A DNA stretch of 32,000 bases from Gemmata obscuriglobus. Lineage in GTDB: Bacteria; Planctomycetota; Planctomycetia; Gemmatales; Gemmataceae. Shown piece after piece: positions 15,895 to 22,862 of the stretch. Every line of letters begins with the position of its first letter. Position 1 is the first letter of the stretch. The stretch spans positions 3,000,001-3,032,000 of the forward strand of contig NZ_CP042911.1 of NCBI RefSeq assembly GCF_008065095.1. The letters run 5' to 3'. A model generated the notes under the pieces. The model saw only the letters and a list, made by a program, of their open reading frames with translations. It searched no databases and had not been told where the DNA came from. A program made the translations under genes and the position numbers.

Positions 15895-18507
15895 ATGAAC
15901 TCGCACACCGACTCGCCGAACCAATCGGGTGAGAGTCACGAGGAAACCGACCAGTCGGCGCCTGACGAGGTCAGTACTCCGCCGTTTACTTTGCAACTTC
16001 GGCTCGCGCGGCAGGCACTCGCGAACAATAATCCAGAGGCCGCGCTCTGTTTCCTCTATCCGGTGTTTGGCCTCAAACCTCACTCGTTTCACCTCCGGCG
16101 TCCGTTCCTCCCGTCCCCATCCAACTTCTCGTCGAAGATCACGGAGGTTGTGCCGGAAGCCAGCGCACTTTTGTTGGTGGCGGCAGCGCAGACCGGCCAG
16201 ATTCGTGATGCCCTTGCGGTCGCGATGGCGGCAAACGGGCTGGTGCAGACCGTCAACGGCAACCACAAGGTCTTTTCGAGTGCGAGTGACTGGCTCGAGG
16301 TTTTGGAGAAAGTAAGCGACCTTAACCTGCAACGGGGAACCGCGGCTCGGCTTGCTCGCTGGGCGCGAGAAGGGGTTCGCGTTCTTCGCGAACTTAGCGG
16401 GGCTGAATTGATTGAGGACGTCGTCGGTCGGGACACTTTGAACGAGTGGTTCGAACAACCGCATCTCTTGATCGATCAACCTGCCAACGCCGAGGCACTC
16501 GCCGAATACTTGGCGGGCGAGCCGGTAACAGACCGGGAGATCGCCACGCTCGACATCGACGCCTTCATGCACGCGATTGAGCATCGTGATGGCTCTATCC
16601 CCGAAGGTGCGGTCGCCATCGCAATTGGACTGGCTCACGGCCTCAAAGCCCGCTCGTCTGAGGCACAGATTCCGGCGTTCATCAAGGGCGTGTTCGGCAA
16701 GGCCGTTACCGGCTCTTTCCTCGCGGAGCTCGAACGTCGGCGCGTTCAACCGGAACGCGCCGTGGAACTCGCGCTCTTCGCCCTCGAACACGACCAGGGG
16801 CTGACCGACGCGGGCCGGGCCGAGTTAACCGGGCGAGTGGTCGAACGTCTGGCCCAGCTTCCGCCGACTGCCCGCAAGTACCGCGAGCGGTTGCTCGGCC
16901 AGGCCGTTGAGTGGGCGCTCACGAACCAGGCCAGCGGGCATAGTCGGGAGAACTGGCCTGTGGTCGTGCTGTGCTTGGACCGCTTCCCCGGACCGCCCGC
17001 GCCGCGCGAGGCGTCCCCCGTCGTTGAGCTCGAGCGGGGTTCGGCTCCTATTACCGGACCAACGGACGAGGTCGGGGCGGACGTCTTGGCGGCTGGCGAA
17101 TCGGACGGGGCGCCCGGCCTGACGGTTTCGGCGGCCGGGGAAGAGGAACCGAGGGCCGTGGGCGCCTTTTCGTACGACGAGCTGAGCTCGGCCGCCCTGG
17201 AAGCTGAGCGTGCGGACGAGACGCTTCCGCGCCGCGGTGCGCTCGAGAACACGCCCCGGCTGCCAGGCGATGGCCACCGCACTCTGGGCGAAGTGGTTGA
17301 CCAAAGTGACCCTCGCCTCGCCTCGCTGCTCGGCCGCTATCCCGGTGACCCGGAGCGACCCGTCGTCTTGCTCGGTTTTCAGCCCGTCGGCCAACGCCTG
17401 CTCGTCTACACCGTCGAAGCGTCGGAAGGGAACCCACTTCGCTGGCGAGCGCGAGCTCTTGATGGCGCCGTGGACACGATCCAACGCGCCGTCGAAACCT
17501 TCGACGGCTCAATCGCGCGGGCCTGGCAGGATCATAAGCGCGCCGAGGTGCCCGACCGGAGCCGCGCGCTGGCCGACTCACTGCTCCACGAACTCGGCGC
17601 GCATCTCGCCGAGGTTGATGACCTGCTCAGCGCGGCGGTGTCCGACCTGTTGGCCGCCCACGATCCCGAGCCCAACATCCTGCTCACCGCCGCCGGCGCG
17701 GCCCAAGCCCTCCCGCTTGATTTGTTGACCGTCCGGTTGGCCGGCGGTTCGGAGCGGCCGCTCGTGCACTGCGGGAGCACCGTTCGTTGGACACCGGGGC
17801 TGGTGCTTCAGGAGCGAATGGACACCACCGGCAGGCGGTCGGGTGAGGGGACCGGCCGCTCGCTGGGGTGGCTCGCGTACCTGCCCGAACACGACCCAAA
17901 CGGTCGGTTCGGCGGCTTCTTCAGAGAGAAGGAGGTCGAGAGCGAAAAGGATCGCTGGTCGCCCGGGGCGAAGTTCCTCCAGCGAACGAAGGGCCGTGGG
18001 TGCCAAGGGACGCAGGCGACCGCAGGGAATCTGCGGTCGTATTCGGCTGGTCAGTTCAGCGACCTTCTCGTGTTGGCCCACGGCTGCTGGGACCGAGGCG
18101 CGGTCGTGCTTTGGGATGAGTTGGTGGATTCCCTTGGGGCGGCCCAGTTGGACACGTTGTTCCTGGTCTCGTGCACGATAGGCCGACTCGGGTGGTCAGG
18201 TGCTGACGAGCCGATCAGTCACAGCTTGTTGTCCAACATTCTCGAGCAGGGGTCGGTCTCGCACCTGCTAGCCTTCCGCCACACGATTCCCGATACACCG
18301 GCGGTAAAGTTCGCTCTCCGAGTGCGCGAAGATACGGGTCGCGATCTGGCGCTCGCGCGGAGCGAGTTGTTAAAGTCTTGGTTCCCAAATGGGAGCGCGG
18401 CAACGAATGTTTGCCACCAACACCAAGTGAACACAGGTGATGCGTTCGAACGTTTCGTTGGTGCGGTCTCGATTGCGTACTCGGCAAAACTGGAACCGGT
18501 CCGGTGA
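15895..18507 (+). CDS. Large CHAT-domain (caspase-like) protease with ~560-aa helical N-terminal region
   Basis: The C-terminal ~300 aa show the CHAT pattern: ILLTAAGAAQALPLDLL, the His in LLVLAHGCW (codon 18079-18081) and the Cys in LFLVSCTIG (codon 18172-18174), then GSVSHLLAFRHTIPD. ATG at 15895, with an alternative GTG at 15874. Confidence 0.75.
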   Translation: MNSHTDSPNQSGESHEETDQSAPDEVSTPPFTLQLRLARQALANNNPEAALCFLYPVFGLKPHSFHLRRPFLPSPSNFSSKITEVVPEASALLLVAAAQTGQIRDALAVAMAANGLVQTVNGNHKVFSSASDWLEVLEKVSDLNLQRGTAARLARWAREGVRVLRELSGAELIEDVVGRDTLNEWFEQPHLLIDQPANAEALAEYLAGEPVTDREIATLDIDAFMHAIEHRDGSIPEGAVAIAIGLAHGLKARSSEAQIPAFIKGVFGKAVTGSFLAELERRRVQPERAVELALFALEHDQGLTDAGRAELTGRVVERLAQLPPTARKYRERLLGQAVEWALTNQASGHSRENWPVVVLCLDRFPGPPAPREASPVVELERGSAPITGPTDEVGADVLAAGESDGAPGLTVSAAGEEEPRAVGAFSYDELSSAALEAERADETLPRRGALENTPRLPGDGHRTLGEVVDQSDPRLASLLGRYPGDPERPVVLLGFQPVGQRLLVYTVEASEGNPLRWRARALDGAVDTIQRAVETFDGSIARAWQDHKRAEVPDRSRALADSLLHELGAHLAEVDDLLSAAVSDLLAAHDPEPNILLTAAGAAQALPLDLLTVRLAGGSERPLVHCGSTVRWTPGLVLQERMDTTGRRSGEGTGRSLGWLAYLPEHDPNGRFGGFFREKEVESEKDRWSPGAKFLQRTKGRGCQGTQATAGNLRSYSAGQFSDLLVLAHGCWDRGAVVLWDELVDSLGAAQLDTLFLVSCTIGRLGWSGADEPISHSLLSNILEQGSVSHLLAFRHTIPDTPAVKFALRVREDTGRDLALARSELLKSWFPNGSAATNVCHQHQVNTGDAFERFVGAVSIAYSAKLEPVR

Positions 18508-18534
18508 GGCCCATTCGCTGGTGAAGGTACCCGC

Positions 18535-18565
18535 CCGTCGAGGGTGTGATTCACCGGGCGCGTAC
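18535..18565. repeat. Distal IRR of the IS66-type transposition unit
   Basis: CCGTCGAGGGTGTGATTCACCGGGCGCGTAC. Its reverse complement matches IRL at 25 of 31 positions. It is followed immediately by the TSD copy. Confidence 0.8.
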
Positions 18566-18573
18566 TGTACAGG
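18566..18573. repeat. Target-site duplication, right copy (TGTACAGG)
   Basis: Identical to 8022-8029. Confidence 0.85.
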
Positions 18574-19676
18574 GCCGGTTCGACGGCCATCAACTCGCGG
18601 CACACGCCCGCCGTGATCGCGCACGCGCCTTCAGCCCCTCGCTTGAGGAAGCCCCGCACCCCGGCCCGGAGCCACCCGAGGTAGGTCTGTCGGAACCCGC
18701 GCCGCGTCAGCGTCCCGTCCCGCACCCGCTTCCACTGGTCGAGCAGGATGTCGGCGTAGGTCAACAGGTCCTCGCCGACCCCCGACCCGCCGTTCCCCCG
18801 GTCGATCATGGCCTGGAAGTCTCGTCGGAGGTGCGCCCAGCAGACTTGGCGCTCGCACACAGGGAGGTGGTCGTAGGCCGAGTATCGGTCCGTGGTCAGC
18901 ACTCCGGGATGGCCCGCGATCAACTCGCCCAGCACCTTCCGGGCACGGGACAGGCGGACCAGGAACACGGTCACGCGGGCGGTCACCGCGGCCCACAGCC
19001 AGCCCCGCTTGCGCCCCTCCGGCCACCCGGTCTCGTCCACGTTCGCGGGCTTCCCAACGACGTAGGCACGGGCCTCCTCAACGACCGGCCCCAAGGCGAC
19101 CGCGGCCTTCCGCTGGAGGCCGCATACGGCGGCCGGGCTGATCGGTACCCCGGACAGGTCCTGGCACAGCCGCGCGACGCCCCGCTTGCCGATCCGGTAC
19201 GCCCCGCTGAGGAGCGCGCACACCGCCTGGACCCGCGGCCCGTACCCGCCTCGGGCATCACCCGGTAGGGGCGGGCGGTTGATACGCCCGCAGTTCGGGC
19301 ACGCGAGCCGGTGCCGACGATATTCGGTCACCTGCGGGCAAACCGGCGGTAACTCGATGATCTGGTGGCGGAGCGGTTGCGCATCACCCCCGGAGAGCGC
19401 GTGTGCGCACCGGTCACAGGTGCTCGGCCGCAACTCGATGACGTTGTCCGCGGGCAGGTCGGAACGGGAGTGCTTAGGGTGCCCCGGCTGGCCGCCCTTG
19501 CGCCTGCTGGATGGGGCCTTCGGCGGGGCGGCCTTGACGTGCGGCGGGTCGGACGACGGGGGCTTTGAGGAGTTCGTCGAGTTCTGCCCGAGCCGGGCTT
19601 CGAGGTAACGGATGTATGCCTGCACCGCCGGGGGAAGCGCGTCGAAGACCTCAGGTGGTAGCGTTGGAGATGCCAT
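18566..19676 (-). pseudogene. 5' fragment of the same single-ORF IS66-family (ISBst12-like) transposase gene
   Basis: MASPTLPPEVFDALPPAVQAYIRYLEARL..NSSKPPSSDPP..RRKGGQPGHPKH..CDRCAHAL..ACPNCGR..ANVDETGW..LTTDRYSAY..VCWAHLRRDF..CRELMAVEPALY, where homology stops at the insertion point. The rest of the 498-aa track ORF is read-through into the IRR and the antisense strand of the CHAT gene. The right IS end is approximately 19700-19730 and is not resolved. Confidence 0.8.
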
Positions 19677-19750
19677 GCCGCAGAAGGAATACGGAGCAAG
19701 ACTCACAGCGGCCACAACCGTGAACGCCTACACCAGGAGATAAATAGCTG

Positions 19751-20033
19751 AGACTTTAGTACTACTCCGTTACTTCGCCACAACTAATTAAATTGTCGCG
19801 ATTTATGGCGATCTACACCTACAGGTCCGTGCCCCCGCAATGGGTTCAAATCCCAGCGATTCTGGCTAGTCCGTTCACGAGAGCAGCAAACATTCCGCCG
19901 TGGCAGTGAGCATTCCATTTGACTCAAGTCCAGATCCTACAAGATGTTCCGTCAAGGTGCATTCCGGAGGGGTGTGCATAACACGTTGTAAAACAAGCAG
20001 TTGCGGCGAGGTAACGGAGTAGTATTAGAGGCT
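19751..20033. repeat. IR-bounded ~280-bp non-coding element (MITE-like)
   Basis: Terminal inverted repeats: 19757-19779 TAGTACTACTCCGTTACTTCGCC and 20005-20028 GGCGAGGTAACGGAGTAGTATTAG. They share a 14-bp perfect core (TACTACTCCGTTAC) with 2-3 mismatches overall. The interior is visibly AT-richer than its surroundings and has no ORF. Confidence 0.5.
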
Positions 20034-20074
20034 CTGAGGGGCCGGCAATGCACGCCGCCGGCACCTGGAATTGC

Positions 20075-21475
20075 CTAGCGGATTACCCTGGCCACCGCAT
20101 CCAGTGCCTCTTCTGGTACGAAGAGACGATCCGTCTCTGGCAAGGGCTGGGAAAGTGTTCTGAAGCTGTCATCGTCCCGAATAGGGGCCGCCCCTCCTGA
20201 GTCATCTACAAAATAACCCCATTCGCTCGGCGCCTTCGATAACAATGAAAACTTCGGGTGGTCCCGGACGAGATAAGATTCTGGCTCCTTGAAGCCACTA
20301 TCGATAAGCGCCTTGTTGATCTTCGGATACGCCTCGGGTGATTTCAGAAAACTACTAATCTGTTCAGAAGATCGCGGAACAGATTTGAATAAGGTGCGGG
20401 TTCGTATCCTCTTGGCGAGATCGACCACGATGGGATCCGCTCCATCAGCCTGAGCCACAATTTCGACAAGCACGTGCAAGGCGAAGTCATCAGCGGACAA
20501 CAGGGCTTGAAGTGTCACCACTTTGCCGGCGACCATGTCCATCAAAGGCCCAACGATTCGGTCGCGAGAGAAAGCCGCGAATTGTCCGTCGCGCACGACG
20601 GTTTTTAAGCGGCGCAGAAAGAGCGCCACCATCCCCTCCGCCGCCCTGACGGTGCGGTGGTAGTACACGGCTTCGTACATGGCACGTCGTGCCACCAAAA
20701 AATGCTCGACCACGCGTCTCGATTTGGCCCGATCGAATCCCACGACAAGTGTCTTTTCGTTTGTTGTCCCCAGTGCGCACGTCGAGATCAACCGACTGAG
20801 GTCATATCCCCCAAACGTAACGCCGCACTGCTGGCTGTCACGGCGAAGGAAATCGCTGCGGTCGACGTCGATATCGCTATCCAGTAGTCGCGGCAGGTAG
20901 GGCAGGTGATACTCGCCAAGCAAAAATGCACCGATCCGTTCAGCCATCCCGCGCTCGTAAGATTCGAGCATTTGGTGCAGTTCGCCCTCGGGCCAAGCGA
21001 GCAGAGCCTGTCCCACGAGAACGTGCCACTTCAGCCTGCGCCCTCCCACGGCGCCTGCTGCGGCTGGAAGCCCGAGCCCCTGTCTCCAATTACCCTCGTC
21101 GTAGTCCTCACCAATGATCTCGCGCTCCCATGCGTGCGAGAGGGGCCCGTGCCCGAGGTCGTGAAACAGCGCCGCGAGTGCGAAGTCCCTGATCGCCACC
21201 TCGTCGGGGAGCAGAAACGGTGTGATCGAGTCGCGCCCTACTTCTTGAATGTGCCTGCCAAAGAGTACCGCGAGGTAGGCAGCGCCGATTGAATGAACGA
21301 GTCGAGAGTGCTCGCCGCCGGGGAACACTAGATGCACAAGCCCGAGCTGGCGGATGTGGCGGAGCCTCTGAATTTCGCGGGTACGAAGCACCTCCACGAT
21401 GAGCGTCTCCATGCCCCTAAATTCCATGAGGCCGTGGACACTGTCTTGGATACGCCTTACACGACTCGACCGCAT
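20075..21475 (-). CDS. SAMHD1-like HD-domain phosphohydrolase (dNTP triphosphohydrolase-like, COG1078 type)
   Basis: IQDSVHGLMEF...REIQRLRHIRQLGL..FPGGEHSRLVHSIGAAYLA...ALFHDLGHGPLSH...LDSDIDVDRSDFLRRDSQQCGV. The H..HD..D metal ligands are all present. Confidence 0.8.
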   Translation of the reverse strand: MRSSRVRRIQDSVHGLMEFRGMETLIVEVLRTREIQRLRHIRQLGLVHLVFPGGEHSRLVHSIGAAYLAVLFGRHIQEVGRDSITPFLLPDEVAIRDFALAALFHDLGHGPLSHAWEREIIGEDYDEGNWRQGLGLPAAAGAVGGRRLKWHVLVGQALLAWPEGELHQMLESYERGMAERIGAFLLGEYHLPYLPRLLDSDIDVDRSDFLRRDSQQCGVTFGGYDLSRLISTCALGTTNEKTLVVGFDRAKSRRVVEHFLVARRAMYEAVYYHRTVRAAEGMVALFLRRLKTVVRDGQFAAFSRDRIVGPLMDMVAGKVVTLQALLSADDFALHVLVEIVAQADGADPIVVDLAKRIRTRTLFKSVPRSSEQISSFLKSPEAYPKINKALIDSGFKEPESYLVRDHPKFSLLSKAPSEWGYFVDDSGGAAPIRDDDSFRTLSQPLPETDRLFVPEEALDAVARVIR

Positions 21476-21478
21476 AGC

Positions 21479-22807
21479 TCACCCCAGCAATTCAATAAGC
21501 GCATCGATCTCGGATTCTCTGCCTCGGGCCGCCCTAGAGAATGTCCGTAACTGCCTTAGCCGTTCTCTGAGGCGCTGCTTACTCGCCGCCGGCATTCTGA
21601 GCACTGCGTTGGTGCGCGGCAGGTGCTGCAAGAGCTGTTCGAGTTCCGTCTCGATCGCCACGCTCCCGCTACCGATCCCGGACAAAAAGGCGCCCAACTT
21701 CTGACCACACAGATGAACGAGTTCCTTCGCGGTCGCTCGCCTTTCTGGAGCGGCTACCAGCGCCCGCGCCAAGACCGCCCGAAGAGGGTCTGGCACCGAG
21801 TCCAGCCTGACGCGTTGCTCCCACTGGGTGCGCATCCGGTCTCGGATTTTTCCCTCGAATGCTTTTCTCTCAGCGGGGGTCGATGTGCGTGGAACTCTCT
21901 CATTGTCGTCGATGAAGAGAAAACTCCCAGTCACCGCCTTGTACACCGTTGCCCCTAGCGCCCAGACATCGAACTTTCTGGGCTCTGAGGGGTAGGGGCC
22001 GTCTTCAAAAAGTTCCGGCGCGCGCGTGCGAAGACTGCCGGTGACCGACAGTTCGTGTGTGAAATCGCAGGACGTGCGGCAGATGCCGAAATCAAGCAGA
22101 ATGTACGAACCGTCCTTCTGCCCGATGTTGTCCGGCTTGATGTCCCCGTGAACGAGTGCCAGTTCGCCGTGCAGGTACGCTATGGCCTGGGCGATGTCGT
22201 ACAAAAGGTTCGCGGCCTCGTGGGTGCCATTGGCACGCCAGGCGTCATTGAGGGCGAAGGGTAGCTTTTCTTCAACGAGAAACTTGTCGCCTTTGACGTT
22301 CTGCAGCGGATGTGTGGCGATGATGTTCGGGTGGCGCATCGCGAGCGGGTGCGACTGAAGTTCTCGGTCTAGAATGAGCTCCTGCTGGGTGCGGTTCCCG
22401 AGTAACCGTTTGAGTACAACTTCGCGCTGCGCCTGCTTCCACTTCGCGTGGTAGACCCTCTTTTGGCTCCCCGTTCGAGACATCGCGGAGATAATCGTGA
22501 ACCCTTCGGGTGGAATGAGGTTGATGCAATCAATGACGGCATCAGGATCGTTTTGGTGCGCGCGGATGAATTTAACAATAAAATTACAATCAATCGGAGA
22601 CTGAGGACCGTTGCTGAGCTGCTCAATGAGTTTGCTCAAAAGGCTCGCTGCATTCTCATCCGTCCAGGGATGATCGAGAGCGGTAGCCATCGCCGCCCAA
22701 TCTTCATCTGACAGTTTTGCGAGAGGATGAAACGTATCGTCAATCCTCGCACTCTCGTCGAGAAGCGATTCGAGTACTGATTTGGTTTTTTCCCCCAGGC
22801 CAGCCAT
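21479..22807 (-). CDS. Ser/Thr protein kinase with ~100-aa unknown N-terminal region and helical C-terminal tail
   Basis: EVVLKRL (Lys), LVHGDIKPDN (catalytic loop), LLDFGICR (DFG), LRTRAPELF (APE). There is no classical Gly-rich loop. I chose ATG 22807 because the 150-aa upstream extension of the track ORF runs into the IS. The stop is 3 nt from the HD gene ATG. Confidence 0.8.
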   Translation of the reverse strand: MAGLGEKTKSVLESLLDESARIDDTFHPLAKLSDEDWAAMATALDHPWTDENAASLLSKLIEQLSNGPQSPIDCNFIVKFIRAHQNDPDAVIDCINLIPPEGFTIISAMSRTGSQKRVYHAKWKQAQREVVLKRLLGNRTQQELILDRELQSHPLAMRHPNIIATHPLQNVKGDKFLVEEKLPFALNDAWRANGTHEAANLLYDIAQAIAYLHGELALVHGDIKPDNIGQKDGSYILLDFGICRTSCDFTHELSVTGSLRTRAPELFEDGPYPSEPRKFDVWALGATVYKAVTGSFLFIDDNERVPRTSTPAERKAFEGKIRDRMRTQWEQRVRLDSVPDPLRAVLARALVAAPERRATAKELVHLCGQKLGAFLSGIGSGSVAIETELEQLLQHLPRTNAVLRMPAASKQRLRERLRQLRTFSRAARGRESEIDALIELLG

Positions 22808-22853
22808 TTTATGCTGCCCTGTGGTGAAGCTGCTACGTTGGTTGCTGCCAGTC

Positions 22854-22862
22854 GTCACGAGA
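22854..22862. repeat. Target-site duplication, left copy (GTCACGAGA)
   Basis: Identical 9-mer at 24596-24604, each abutting a terminal IR. Confidence 0.85.

Larger units (their letters stand above)
8030..18565 (+). mobile_element. 10.5-kb IS66-family-derived transposition unit (IS66 core plus ~8 kb cargo) inserted into another IS
   Basis: Terminal inverted repeats at 8030-8060 and 18535-18565 match at 25 of 31 positions and both tips read GTACGCGC. They are flanked by the perfect 8-bp direct repeat TGTACAGG. Removing 8030-18573 restores a continuous transposase reading frame (..MAVEPALYTFAAVEGVEPTNN..). Confidence 0.8.

Noticed and set aside
18219-18565. C-terminal ~115 aa of the 498-aa transposase ORF.
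   Set aside because: Homology to IS66-family transposases ends at ..EPALY (18567). The remainder is read-through across the IRR and the antisense strand of the CHAT gene. The true C-terminus is at 7765-8029.
19840-19864. Possible tRNA gene (GGGTTCAAATCCC T-arm).
   Set aside because: No complementary acceptor stem, D-arm or anticodon arm can be folded from the ~75 nt upstream. At best it is a tRNA-derived fragment.
19862-19885. About 20-nt similarity between CTGGCTAGTCCGTTCACGAGAGC and the ISKra4 insertion site CTGCCAGTCGTCACGAGAGC. This hinted at a second MITE copy or a target motif.
   Set aside because: The similarity does not extend on either side once the IS is removed in silico. It is too short to separate from chance without a genome-wide search.
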